Assembly: GCF_964188315.1 (NCBI RefSeq)
Contig: NC_135657.1
Location: 51,770,001 to 51,834,000 of the forward strand
Direction of reading: 5' to 3'
DNA: 64,000 nucleotides
Origin: Podarcis muralis
Lineage: Eukaryota
Shown here: in pieces, positions 22,190 to 35,597 of the stretch
How positions within the stretch are numbered: the first letter of the stretch is position 1
Layout: each line of letters starts with the position of its first letter
Notes under the pieces: generated by a model
Told to the model about the DNA's origin: nothing
Databases searched by the model: none
The model's input: only the letters and a program-made list of their open reading frames with translations
Program-made: the position numbers and the translations under genes

Positions 22190-25100
22190 TATATGCAAGT
22201 AGACCAGTTTAGATGAGTGAAAAAAAATCGTCCCCAGCCCTTTTGAGGAGTTGGCAAGGTTCACAGTGATACTGTTCTCTTGAACGAAGCACTGCGAAAA
22301 TAAAAGATTATGTGGGAAGGGGAAAGCTTCTTAAATAATATCGGGCAGAGCCAGCACGCCTGAATTACCCCTTCTCTCTGCCGTCCAGATACCCATGAAA
22401 AACCCTTCTCTAATCAGCTGTTGTCATTTCACCCATTTCTGCTGGGAGGCAAGAGCAAGGGAACCTGGAGTGGATGGACCTCCTCCAGGTCTACATTCTC
22501 CTTCCTTAACTGTACCATCTGTAGGTATACATAGGTATCTTCTATGGCCCTCCCTCAATATATGTCGGTATCAGCCTTCACTTCTTTTCTTCTCTTCTTG
22601 TTGGCTATCAGGGGGATCTGTTCCCCTCCCCACCGCGATGCCATATCTGTGCATTGCTATTCTTAATAAAAGTGAAGTGCTGCACGGGACTTAGATAGCC
22701 ATGGTTATTTGCATTGTCAGTCATTGAAATGGTTCTTGACAACTTGTGTCAGCATTTGTCAACATTTATATTAAGGTTGCATTGTTAGATCTTACTTCAT
22801 TCTGCAAATGCAGGGTTTTTTTGGAGCTGTTTATTTCATCAGCTCACCTGAACTAGGCTAAGAACTGGTTATAAACCAGTGCAATATGAGATTGTGTGGC
22901 ACAGATTAGAAAGCTGATTTAACATGAATACAGTTTTTTAAATCTTAAATTTCTGAAAAGCAATATAATGATCAACCTTTGGAAGATAAAGCACATTCTA
23001 AACAGAGAGGCTTAATTTACTCTGTCATTTGCACAGATGAAACAGAAGTGGGGAAAGACAAGAGCTAGCAATATTGGCTGTCTTTGTTTCACTTTGAGTG
23101 AAACTTACACATATTGCATTGCTATATATCATTACTGTAAAATTAAGGTACTTTGAGCTTTGTTGCAATTATATCAAGTACCTATGGGTTTGGGGGGGGG
23201 GTGTTCTTGGTGGTTTTTGAAGCAGTGGGATTTTTTCCCGCAACATCGATTTTCTTAAGCTAAGTGCGCCTATTATAATAAATGTGCTCATTAAATAGCA
23301 CTGCCTGGTTTCCATCTCCTCCAAAACATGCTGGTTGATGCTTTTACTTGCAAGTAAAACTGCAGAGTGTGTAGGATACTCCTTTTGTTATTATTTTACC
23401 TGAATAGCACCTTTCATTTTTTAAGGCAGAACTCTGGCCAAACGGGGCTCCCAAGCAGACTAGCTGGGAATGTTGGTTGTTCTCCCATTAAGAGTAAAAC
23501 GCACACATGAACTAATGTGCCAGTTTGACGTTTTACTTTGTAAATCGAATCAGAGAATTCTCAGCAACTGTATAATAGGATGCTGAACATAACTAGTAAC
23601 AAAGTGTGAGGACGACGTAAACCCCTCTGACCTTTCCTTAAAAAAGCCTGGGAAAAGCTTCAGTTATTATGGTGAAGAAACACAGGAATGTAGAGCTGGA
23701 AGTTCAGCTAATCTAGCCACCTGATGTCAACAATCCTACAATTTCTATGCCATTTTGTAGTCTTTCGAAACATGCACACAAATGAATCTGTACTGTCAAG
23801 ATTAAAGATGCCAAGTTCTGTATTCTCAAGGGACACTGCCAGAAAGTCGTCTGGAAGGTACAAATGTTGTGCAAACTGACATCCTCACAATTACACCCCC
23901 CTCCTACCAACCAGCAGTAGTCATTAGCCATGATGGCTAAATGGAGCCACCATAAGAATCAGTATGTGTCAATATCAGACACCAGGAACAAACAACGGAG
24001 GACTATTGTCCTGTGAACTTCCCAGAGACATCTGCACATGATTGGGAAACCCAGCCAGATGGGCGGGGTATAAATAATTTTTTATTTTATTTTATTATTT
24101 GCTTGTTTGTTTGAAATGGGGACTTGGATTGGAGGGACTTTAGTCTTAGTTACCCAGGCTCCTTCTATAACTAAACTAAGATTTAAATGTAATAAGGATG
24201 TAAATAAGCTGTAAGTGTAATCTGTGTACTGTTTTTCAAGGGAGTGACTTGTATCTCCATATATGGAGATTAATCCTGTGTTGTTACTTGGAACTTCTAA
24301 AATGCATTTTAGTTTTATTTTATTTATTTTTTAAATCCACTTATCCTGGGACTCGAAGCAGGATACAACTGTGAAATAACATTCTTTGTAAAAATAGACA
24401 ATCCCCTGCAAAATGTTTCAGTCGGGTTTCTGCACATGTTTCAGCCTAGAAGAGGAGAGCAGCCCAAATTCACACCCAGAATGTTTTGCGCACTGCCTGG
24501 GGGTGACAGGCAGGCATGACAGTTGTCAGCAGGGATTCAACCTTGGATTTTCTCTGCCAGAACTACAACTCTCAGAAACGTAAGACTGTCTATAATCAGT
24601 GGAGCGAGTCTTTGAAACCGGGCCCGATCACATCTTGCACAGCTAGTGAATGGCAGGAAGACATCTGATAATAGAAGCCATGGCAGTTTGATCCTCAAAG
24701 CACCCACTCTCTCAGCCCATTAAAACGAATGCCTGAGCTGTAACGATGGCACCTTGAGAGACAGCGCCGTAATATATTTCTAAGGTGGTCAGAGGAGAAC
24801 AATGCAATAAATAAAAAAGACAATATATGTGTAAAGCCACCTTTTTTGAATGTTGCTGCTGTGGTGCTTTTATTTTAATCTCTGAAGCTTCAGGTAAAGA
24901 GTGTCAAGTACAGTTGTACTGAAAACTAGCAACCACTTGAGCATGACAGATTTACAGAACTTAAATGTTTCCACTGTGGCTTTTTGTTGAATGCCCAGTT
25001 GCTTGTCTGCTTAGAGAACCACTTGTTCAAACAATAGCAGATGAAAATGCCCATACAGTATTGTAAACCAGAAATCATTATTTTTCATCCTATGGCTTTG

Positions 25101-25483
25101 CTCCGACAGTCATTGCAAAAAGGTTGCCATTTTATTTTTATTTCCATTCAAGTGCCCTGTATTAATGTGGTTTTATGCACTTTTTAATCCTTAAAAAGTT
25201 TAACACCTATGAAACCTATGCCCAAATGACCTACCTCTTCAGATTATGCATCCTACTTGTGGGCCGAGAGACTGAGGAAAACCTTTCATTGAACTTCTCC
25301 AAGGCAAAGTGAGCTCTTCCGTTGGATTCTCTGGGGTGGGACTCACTGTTAGCTGTGAGAGTAGCACAACTTCTTTCCCTAACCGTTTTCTTGTGTTGCT
25401 GCTGGTGCAAGTGGCAGGAACAGCCGTGTTGGCAGACTATCCACAATTTTGCACTTGCCACACTGCCTAGTGTAGTCCTGAGG

Positions 25484-25486
<3 letters not shown>

Positions 25487-25524
<38 letters not shown>
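25487..25524 (+). repeat. (GT)n microsatellite
   Basis: Direct read. Confidence 0.95.
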
Positions 25525-25526
<2 letters not shown>

Positions 25527-26093
25527 GGGAGGGCCAGAAGTGGCAGTTACTATAAAAAATGGTGGTGAACTTGTAGAGATAATCCTTTTTCTACGGGGAC
25601 AGGGAGGGTGAGTAAAACAAAAATTACCATTTTTTTTTCCCTTCAGAAAAACGTCTTCTGAAAAATTTCAGCTGAGCTCGAGTAAATACCATACTTTAAC
25701 GGGCTCTGATAATAGGCTGCACTTGGGAAATGACATTGATTTTAGATGCTTTTTTTATTCCCATAAGCTGAACAGCTATAAAGTATTTTCAATTCCTTCT
25801 CATTCCTTTATATAGATTATACTGCCTTGCATTGCAGATGGCAGATGTGGACAAGATCAGCTAGTATTGACAGTTGTCAGTGTTTGACTTGAAAGCACTG
25901 GAGATGGGCTTTGTACCAAAACAGTCAGATCGAATCCCAATCAAGGCCGCTGGTGTTAGCATGGCTTTTGTTGTTGCTGCTGTAAATATGATACCAGATG
26001 TACTAAATCCCATTGTAGGGATGTCCCTTTCTTCTTTCCTTGGGTCACATTTTAATTTTAATCAGCTTAGGTGCATTTCTTTTCTGTGGAATA

Positions 26094-26258
26094 CAGTGGT
26101 ACCTTGGGTTACTGACACTTCAGGTTACAGACGCTTCAGGTTACAGACTCCGCTAACCCAGAAATAGTACCTCAGTTTAAGAACTTTGCTTCAGGGTGAG
26201 AACAGAAATTGTGAGGTGGCAGCATGGCGGCAGCGGGAGGCCCCATTAGCTAAAGTGG
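26094..26258. mobile_element. Left part of a Tigger-like MITE broken by a rearrangement
   Basis: TA|cagtggtaccttgggtta..ccccattagctaaagtgg, followed by an abrupt switch to unrelated sequence. Confidence 0.85.
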
Positions 26259-26440
26259 GCTTACTATGGCAGTGGCTGGGTATTTCTTTTTTTAGAAGCT
26301 TTGGGGGAGGGGGTTGCGTGTGTGTGTTTGAAAAAGAGAGACACACCATGGCAAATCTCCCTCCACCAAAATCATTTTTTAAATTTCCAGTTTCTATGCT
26401 GTTTTAGTAATTGTATTCAGAGGGACATTTTGTATTCCTT
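26257..26440 (-). repeat. 184-bp inverted duplication, arm 1
   Basis: Exact reverse complement of 27327-27510 in manual comparison. Confidence 0.92.
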
Positions 26441-26804
26441 TATATGCTATTGATTGTGTGGGGGTTTTTTTGGGGGAAGGAACCCTTGTTTTGAAAAGTG
26501 GCATAAAAGTGGCATAAAAGTTTTTAAAAGTGTGTGTGTGGAGGGCTTCAAACTGCAGCCCCTAAAACCAGGCAGCAATATGGCCTCCTCCAATTTGCTA
26601 CCACCAAACCAGGGGTGACATATTGATTGGGGAAACCCAGCCAGATGGGCGGGGTATAAATAATGAATTATTATTATTATTGGGGGTGACCATTTTGGCT
26701 TTACAAATAATACAAATAATGAAAGGGACACACAACTCATATGCTTACTCATAAGTAAATTCCACTGTGTTCAGTAAGATTTATTCATGGGTAAACATGC
26801 TCAA

Positions 26805-27168
26805 GGGACGCGGGTGGCGCTGTGGGTAAAAGCCTCAGCGCCTAGGGCTTGCCGATCGAAAGGTCGGCGGTTCGAATCCCCGCGGCAGGGTGCGCTCCCG
26901 TTGCTCGGTCCCAGCGCCTGCCAACCTAGCAGTTCGAAAGCACCCCCGGGTGCAAGTAGATAAATAGGGACCGCTTTCTAGCGGGAAGGTAAACGGCGTT
27001 TCCGTGTGCTGCGCTGGCTCGCCAGATGCAGCTTGTCACACTGGCCACGTGACCCGGAAGTGTCTTCGGACAGCGCTGGCCCCCGGCCTCTTGAGTGAGA
27101 TGGGCGCACAACCCTAGAGTCTGTCAAGACTGGCCCGTACGGGCAGGGGTACCTTTACCTTTACCTTT
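26805..27168 (+). mobile_element. Sauria SINE, full length
   Basis: Same family as 15855; 13-bp TSD taaacatgctcaa (26792-26804, 27169-27181). Confidence 0.92.
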
Positions 27169-27309
27169 TAAACATGCTCAAGATTTCACCAACAATATCC
27201 AGAATAGTCCGATTTTTTGAGTTGCCTTTGCATCCACCTTGGAAATAAACTGAAACTGCTCCTCTGCAGCAGTAGTGCTGTGACAAGCCACTAATTTCAC
27301 AAACAATTA

Positions 27310-27329
27310 CAGTGGTACCTCGGGTTAAG
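27310..27329. mobile_element. Inverted right terminus of the broken Tigger MITE
   Basis: TA|cagtggtacctcgggttaag is the reverse complement of the MITE's terminal 20 nt. Confidence 0.75.
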
Positions 27330-27510
27330 GAATACAAAATGTCCCTCTGAATACAATTACTAAAACAGCATAGAAACTGGAAATTTAAAAAATGATTTTG
27401 GTGGAGGGAGATTTGCCATGGTGTGTCTCTCTTTTTCAAACACACACACGCAACCCCCTCCCCCAAAGCTTCTAAAAAAAGAAATACCCAGCCACTGCCA
27501 TAGTAAGCCC
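27327..27510 (+). repeat. 184-bp inverted duplication, arm 2
   Basis: Exact reverse complement of 26257-26440. Confidence 0.92.
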
Positions 27511-29589
27511 CCAGTGTATATGACTTTGCATTGCTCATGTAGAGGCTACTTTAGCCCTTTGGGGGCTTTGCTTCAGATGGTCCCCCTTGAAATGAGGAAG
27601 CTGCTCTCTGCATGATTGCTTTGGAGCAAGCCCAATTGAGCTTGCTGGGAGGTACTGCTTAATCAACATGTATGGGATTCGGCTCTTAAAGTGTTTAGAA
27701 ATGGGCTGTAAGCACTATAGAACTCTCTCTCCTTAGATTTGGTATTGGGACACGAACATAAGGAGAATGGTTTCAATCATTGCTCAATATGCTGCTTCTC
27801 TAGTGAATATTAATACTGTTAACACGTCATTCATAATATGTGGAACATCCATGTCGGTAAAATCATATGATCGTTGTTACAGACAGAATTAGCTTTATCT
27901 TTGCTGTATGGGCAGTCAGAAGAGCTGAATTCCTAATCCAATTAATTTGGCATTTTTGTCATATGCTGAGTAACATTTGCTTTAGGAGTAAATAGAATTT
28001 GGTATCTGAATACTGACAGAATCCATTAGAAGGGCATGAAACACCCAATTTTTGACATTTCAGCTTGAGATTGGTAAAACTGAATAGTCTGTTCAGTAAA
28101 CTCCAATGAAAATCCTTGATATTAAATATTTTATATGGCTGTTTCTTTGTATATATTTTAAATTTTTTATATATGGATGTTTTATGATGACCTATACTTT
28201 TAATGCCTAATAACGGTTTGGCGAAGAAGAGTCTGTTCAGTTTGTTTAAGACTGGTGCAGTGTTCAGGCACTACCATAACATTCCCAAAGCATCCTCTTC
28301 CCATAACTTCCCCAGCTGCCTTTTACCCTGTAGGTGAGTTGACCGTCTGAACAGAAAAGGTGGACTGGGTCATTGGCTGCCTGTTAGTTACCATCTACTG
28401 AGAGTGACCAAGCCATGCCAAAGCTAAAAGAGAAACTTTTGAGCAATAGACTGGCAACTGATCCTCTTAAACCTTGTCATGGGTGCAAGTGGGTTTCAAA
28501 CTTTCTTTTGTGGAGCCCCAGAGTTCCTCAGTGAAAAAGAAAAGAGGATGTCGTTGACGAGCAGGAGAATGTTGTGCTGAGGGATGGTGAGACACAACAG
28601 GCATGGCTTGCGCATTGTAGAACATCTCCTGGATCATCTTCAGTGTGCAGGGTTTCTTGGCGGAGAAGTCAGTGTGGAGAGGGTTACTTGACAGTTTGGA
28701 AAATTACTCGTATGAATGCTGTTTTCCTTTCTTTCCTTACAAAGTTTTTTCTTCAGTACAAATAGTACACACAGAGAGAGATGTTCCTGTCGTGAACCAA
28801 GGAAGTTGCCATTAAAAATTAATAACTAGCCTGGTTTCATGTGGCCTTGTAGTCTCCTGAAGGAGTGAAAATGGTACACTCTGTAAAAACCATCCTGTTC
28901 GTCAGGTCTTGACAAATCGGAAGCATTAGACAAACCAACAAACCCCCAAACACTCCATACACAACAGCTGCTTGTTAACAAGGGAAGAAAGGTGACTTGG
29001 ATGCATCAATACTTGAATGTCTCCAAAGGACTGGCAAATCATGTATCAGAAATAGTAGAGATGAGTATCTTTCAGCCTGAAAGTGTTACGCCAATAGCGA
29101 ACTCCCCTATTAAGCTTCACTACTCTATTTTTTTAAAACTGAAAAACAAAACCCCATGCCATTGTGTTGATATTTATAGTAACTGGTACAAGAGGAGAAC
29201 AACCTGTAACTGTTAGTCTGTCAGCAATCATCCCAGCAATTGGGCATTTATGTTCAAGTGTTGATAGAAACACTACAGCGTAAAGTATGGCCTATGACAA
29301 TCTGGAAGGGATATTGATCATCCTTTGTGTTTACCACAAGAGTGCTTAAGATGAAATAGTTACTAGAAGACAAAATTAAAGTGCATGCTTACCGTTACTT
29401 TTTATATATCAATGCCATTGCACACTTTTTACTTTAAGAATTGCAGAGTAAATTTGCATTTTTCCTCTTCCTTAGCATCCCGTTTCCCCTTTTGTGCATT
29501 CTTTTAAGTAGCAAGCCTGAGGGCAGAGACTGCTGTTATCATTGATTAGTAAGCCATTCTAAGAACCCTTTGGGCCAAATAGAAAGGAA

Positions 29590-30184
29590 ATGTTTTGGAT
29601 TTTTTAAGACATTAGAGGCCATAAAGCACTTAAAATATTTTAGTGCCCCCTTATATATCTAATTCAAAATATAAACAATTATGACCCAGAAAATAAAATT
29701 TTATTTCTGGAAGTGAATCAAAACCTACAGTAAGATGGAAAATAATGTTTATTTTTGTATACATCCACTTTATATTTGAAATTTTTTCTTACTTCTTCTA
29801 ATTGCAAAGTCTTTGATCAGATCCTGAAAACTAATCTTACGTAGCATATCTGCTTCTATACTTGGTAGAGATAAGGCATCCAGCCTGCCTTGTTGCATAG
29901 TTGTTCTGTTGGGATTTTTAATATGCTTCAGCTGAGAAAATGAACACTCAGCTAAGTCATTTGTGATCATTAATGTTAAAAATATACAAAAGCAAATGTC
30001 TGCATTTGGAAAGGCACACTCAATATTGTATTTTACCATTATTTTATAAAGTTTAGCATGACTGAATCTCGTTTTTACATTTTTTATTGATGCACTAAAC
30101 AGGCAATGGGAAAATTCTGTGGTGCCCCCTCCCCTTGATGCCCTAAGCACATGCTTATTTTGCTTAATGGTTAATCCAGCTCTG
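29590..30184 (-). mobile_element. Internally deleted hAT transposon retaining the transposase C-terminal dimerisation domain
   Basis: ORF 29770-30150 encodes FPNADICFCIFLTLMITNDLAECSFSQLKHIKNPNRTTMQQGRLDALSLPSIEADMLRKISFQDLIKDFAIRRSKKK, a hATC-like motif. It starts right after the terminus cagagctggattaaccattaagcaa. The other end is approximate. Confidence 0.8.
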
Positions 30185-32427
30185 GTTTACATGTTTTGTT
30201 TTAGTATTGTTCCACAAATACTAAATTGACTCTGACCCCCATAACATGGATGGTATTAATTTTCACACAGTTACAGACTTTGGTACATACTAATGATTGG
30301 TTAGTTGTGGAACTATTTCGAGCCTGAATTAAGCTACCCTCCCCCCCCCTCAATTCCAGGCACAATTGGATTGAGTTCTGAATAGCAAAATACAACACGC
30401 TGAAATTGGAGGAGCTGGCATACATCATCAAACATAATCTGTCTTTTGTAGTGTTTACAACATGTTACTAAAGGGTAGTCGGCTTATTTGAAATGAAGGC
30501 AGTCTATTAATTTAAAATTGATTGGAACATCATCAAGAAATGATGAGGGTAAATCAAGAAAATTAAATAACATTGTCTAAAGGGAAATGCGTAGTAAGTA
30601 ATGGAACGCGAGCTGCGTAAGATCTTACAGTAGATGAAGTTTTCACATCTGTATTATTCAGATGAAGTTCTATATTGTTTGATGTGCTTGTTTTAGTCAC
30701 CAAAAGAAAAACCCAATAGTTTTTTTTTGGGGGGGGGGGAAGGAACTATACACAAAAGGGAGTCACCAGTTAATGGCTGTGTTCACATCTGAATGTGTGG
30801 ATACAATTGTTGGATACAATTACGTAATATGTCTGATCTGTAGAATAAGCTGTGACTCCTTATTTGGGGTTTTCATTTGGCCTTGATTCCTCCTTTATTA
30901 ACTCGGGTTCCCTTTTCACAAACAGGAGCTCACAGATGTCAAGTCATTCAGGTTTCTCCTTTGTTTTTCATTACAGTAAGAAGTGAAGTTGTGAAAGGAG
31001 GTGTAGAATTTAGATATCTTCAGTCTCACCAGTTATAGGAAGTTCTGCAACTTGTAAGCCGCCTTGACCTTGTTTCCTTTTTCTGAGCATAAGGCAGAAA
31101 CTAATGGCTAGGCACCTGAACTGGCCATTGCTTTCTGATTTTTTTTAACTACTTTTTCAACATAGAAAATCCCTTGATCATGTGTGTTGAGCCACAACAT
31201 ATAAATGGCTTGCTGCCTGGAAGCGGCTGCCATGGGGAGCAATTTAAAGTGGTCTCTAATGCAGTGGCTGTTTGATATGCAACCTTCTGATGTGCCTGAT
31301 AGTTCCTACCTGATGTGCCCAGTAGATACGCTTGCATGATTTTTATTATACGATTATGCCTACAATAGCTAATTTTATGATGCTCTCCCAGGCTTTTTAT
31401 CTGAAGCAAGTTTTCTCTTCTCCTGTCTGTGATTTCAGCGTGCATTACTTTTTACAACATTTTATTTACTGTTTCATTAGATAATGAAATAAACAATCCT
31501 TCATATAGTTCTAGAAGTTTCATAAATGTCTGCCGTATATTCTGGTGTTACTACGTCCCGGTCTTTAAAAGGAAAACTGCATTAAATCAGGTATCCATGG
31601 TGCCTCTTTGGTTGGATGGGTATTAAAGAGGGTGTATTAACTTTAATTGGCTGTCAGATTTTTTATTTTCATGGTGATCATTATTATTTGGGGGAAGGTA
31701 CAAAGGAGATATTGTGTGATTGGTGGCAGCAATAGATGGTTGTGACATTTGTACACTGGGTTTGAGATCTAGGGAGTAAGTAGGAAAAAACACAAACACA
31801 ACCATGGAAGAAAAATCCCAAGAACAACAAAAAAAGGACAGCTGCCAAAATAGATATGGGGTTGTATTCAACAGAGCACTAAGGCTAAGAGGTGTATCCC
31901 CTTCTCCTTCAGCCCTCAAAAGCCCCCTCAATCTGTTCTGGGGTTCTCTCAACCCTCCAAATCACGTTTGGGGATGGCATGGGGTGTGCCTGGGGAAAGG
32001 GGGGGGGGAATTTCCATTGCGCTTATGTTCCAATATAAGGAACAGATTATAGATTATATCTTATTCTGGGCACTGAGGTTTGTTAAGGGTTGCTGGGAAT
32101 TGTTATTCTATGAGGGGTACACTATGGTGCCCAGACTTCTTTGAGGGAAAGGATGTGCTTTAAAGGGACACAGCCTCAGAGTAGACCCACTGAATGACTG
32201 GTGGTAGACCTATTGAAATTGATGGCCATGAGCATGACTTTTTCAGATATCACCTATTATTCCTATTTCCATAATGTTATTGCTTATATGTTATAAGCTC
32301 CCAAAATGCCTTTTGTCTGAATTTCTCTCTCCTTTTGCACCCTTTGCCCCCCCCACTGCCTGTCAAAGGAAAACCCTGCCTTAAATGTAAATGATTCTTG
32401 TGGAGCTGTAAGTCCCTAAGCTCTCTA

Positions 32428-32668
32428 CAGTGGTACCTCGGGTTACATACACTTCAGGTTACATACGCTTCAGGTTACACACTCCACTAAGCCAGAAATA
32501 GTGCTTCAGGTTAAGAACTTTGCTTCAGGATAAGAACAGAAATCGGGCTCTGGCAGCGCGGCGGCAGCAGGAGGCCCCATTAGCTAAAGTGGTCTTCAGG
32601 TTAAGAACAGTTTTAGGTTAAGTACGGACCTCCGGAACGAATTAAGTACTTAACCCGAGGTACCACTG
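32428..32668. mobile_element. Tigger-like MITE
   Basis: TA|cagtggtacctcgggtta..taacccgaggtaccactg|TA. Confidence 0.92.
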
Positions 32669-33369
32669 TACTTATTTCTTTAAAACTTGTGTGAAAAGCA
32701 CAAATGTTACCAATGGAGTTTCTTATGAACTTTTCAACCAGTAGCATATCCAGATTTGTCACGGGCCGAGCAAAGAACTATAGCCAGGCTCAGAGTTTTG
32801 ACAAGAGTACCTGCACGAATACCACAAAACAGGTGTAGCCCTAGAAAAATAAATGTAATGTGTTGACCCGGTCCATTGCGTGTAGTCAAGAGAATCTTTC
32901 TTGCATACTTTTTCATCATGATGGCAACATGGAGAATCTCTGATTTAGAAGAACAACCAGTGACCATTCAGAAAGGGAAGTATAATATAGAGTGGCATGT
33001 GATAGAAATCAATAGGTCGTAAAATGTCTTATGTGCTTACCCATGATGCGATTTTTTTCCTTCACTCTTCTGCGACCTATAACTTACACTGCAGGGAGTA
33101 GGGAGCAAATGACAGTGAACATTCTGCTAGTACCCTGTACTATAATACACTTCCTGAAACGGCATCGTGGACTGTTGAATGCAAGGTGCATGGCCTGTGC
33201 TTATGTTTTGTGTGAACACTTTCAGAACAACTTGGGGTAATGTTATTTCCCCACCCCCCAACCTACAAAGACAAATCCTTCTACCTTAAATTGCCAAGAA
33301 AGGCTTGGTTAATCCAAAATTTGCTTTAAAAATGTATTCTAAATCTGCGGAATAAGATTTCTGAGGATT

Positions 33370-33490
33370 GGATCAAGAGTCCATGTAGCCCATTCTCCTC
33401 CTTCCAGTGGTAACTAGCCAGGCTTGTTTCCCCCATCGACTGGTATTCACAGGTACACTGCCTCTGATTGAGGAGGTTCTGTTATCAGGA
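33370..33490 (-). mobile_element. Old CR1 3' fragment
   Basis: ..actggtattcacaggtacactgcctctga.. resembles the CR1 tail seen at 45980-46080. Confidence 0.45.
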
Positions 33491-35520
33491 CTAAGAGCCT
33501 CGTCTCCTTTTAAAGTCAGATGGAAAGAGTATCCTGATGGGGGGATTGTCGGGTGGGTGTAAAAGCAACCGCTTCCATGGGCCACTACACACCAACAGTG
33601 CTGCTGGACGCAGTACCCTTCCACAGAGCCATCATTGGAGGGAATTTCCTCCAAAACTTCCTAAGACCACGTCAACAGACACGTCTGTTTACAGAAAGGC
33701 AAAAGGGAAATGAAGGAGACTGCTGCCAGTGGTTGCTCACCTACCCAAACTGTAATGCTTTTTCTCATGACACACACAAGGCCCCAAATACTTCCAAAAA
33801 AGCTTCAGCATAGCTCATCCAGTGCCCAATCCCAGCTGAGGAACACTGAAATAATGCATACAAAGCAGGCAAAATCTAAAATGGCCAGTAAAATTTCCAT
33901 GGAAGTCCTCTGCAGCGCTTCCTTTGACCAGCCATTCCTTTAACATAGGCTGGCGATCCTTTTGGAATGAGGGCTTTATTTACTTACTTACTTACTTGGT
34001 GGTGTGCCAAGCCCATGATGGATGGTGTTCAACAAATAACAGTTCAGCCGCTGACCTTTTTGAAGGACAAGGTTTTAAAGGTGAGTGGAGGCTTCCAAAT
34101 AGGCATCATATATTCTCACTCAAAGAGGCAAGCTCTTTTAAAAAAACTATTGAGGAGGTTATACATGTATTCTATTTCTGTCCTAACAAAATCAACATAG
34201 GTGAAATGAGAGGGGCCAAATGTTGCTCTTAATTTAGCCTCAAGCTCCTTTTTTTTTTTTTTTTGGTATAAGAACCTGAGCCCTTTGTGTTAGTTTACTG
34301 AAGTATTTGTCCCTTATGAAAACCAATACAATCAGCAGAGCCAGCATAGATAAAGAACCATATAGGGTTGTATTATAGTGGCAAGACTGTTTTGTGACCA
34401 TGTTCTGCAGGCAGACTGGAGGTGACAGTATTATTTACTTTGGTTGCTTGGGGTCCAAAGAGAGAATAAATTGCTATTGATTTTTGGAACATTATAGTGA
34501 AGTGTCTGAATGCCTACAGAATAGCTGGGTGGCAGGACAGCTGCAGAGATTGTATAGAGACTGCCTTTTAAAATGAAAATTTGTTTTCTGGTTAAACTGT
34601 TTCTCACCCCCCCCCACCCCCCAAATTTTAAGAGCAAGTAACAAGAAATCTTAACTATGGCTACTGTTTCTATTATTATTAGGAATGCCTCCATTGTAGA
34701 ATCTTGAAAAAAATCCAATATGATATTGATTAATACTTCTGTACTCTGTTTGTGATAGTATAGTGCATCACAAAAAGTATTTTTAGTGTTTGTGTCTTAT
34801 TAACTACTACCTTAGAGCCATTTCCCCTATAGATGTAATAGTTGTAATAGTTTTAAGAAAGACAATAGAATGCTAATATTATGCATCTGGTGTAATATGT
34901 GCATTTCTCTAATAAGCTGATTTCTGTTGTTGGTATAATGCTGAATTCTCATGTTTGTCCTTGTAGGAAAAATACTCGTTTTCCTTTCTGAATTTTGTTG
35001 TCATTTTTTCTTTCTTTCTCCCATTCTCACACACACATTTCTCATTTCCCCCTCTTTATAATTGCACCCTTTACTTTTGGATCTATAATCCATTGTAGTG
35101 ACACCTGCTGGGGGAGGTATAAATGGAAGACCTACAATTAGCCATGGCTGCTTCCTGTCAGCTCTCCCCCTTGAGTCAACAGTGTGCACCCTGTTTGGCA
35201 GCCTGGAATGAGTCATGCTTCTGAACTTCCCTTGAGGCCATCTGCTGTCATCTCTTTCTGAAGAAGCCGACTTCAGTGCCAAACTTACTGAGACTCACTG
35301 CCTCGCCAGAATGCCGTCGTAAATGTTGACTCCTGTAGCTAACACTCGGGCTTCCTGCGCCAGAGAAATCGAGATCCCTGCTGGAGAACAGTTTGGTTGT
35401 GTGCACAACAATAGGTCTCCAAGTTATAACATTTAAGACATCAGATCTAAAAACCAAAACTTTGTAGAGTCCATTCCTTTGGGAGAGTGGTGTTAACAGC
35501 AAACACACAAAATAGAGTAC

Positions 35521-35597
35521 CGTGGCACTTTTAGAGGCTAGCAGATTTACTGTGTCGTAAGCTTTTGTGGACTAGGGCCCACTGCAGCAAGCGCATT
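35521..35597 (-). mobile_element. Decayed Penelope pseudo-LTR remnant
   Basis: gcacttttagaggctagcagatttactgtgtcgtaagcttttgtggactagggcccac resembles PLE termini; the hammerhead core is mutated. Confidence 0.5.

Noticed and set aside
28480-28760. Minus-strand open stretch (TDFSAKKPCTLKMIQEMFYNAQAM..)
   Set aside because: Looks protein-like, but no family was recognised and it is under 60 codons from ATG.
33980-34090. Strong plus-strand donor AAG|GTGAGT at about 34080
   Set aside because: No convincing acceptor or promoter, so an exon cannot be supported.
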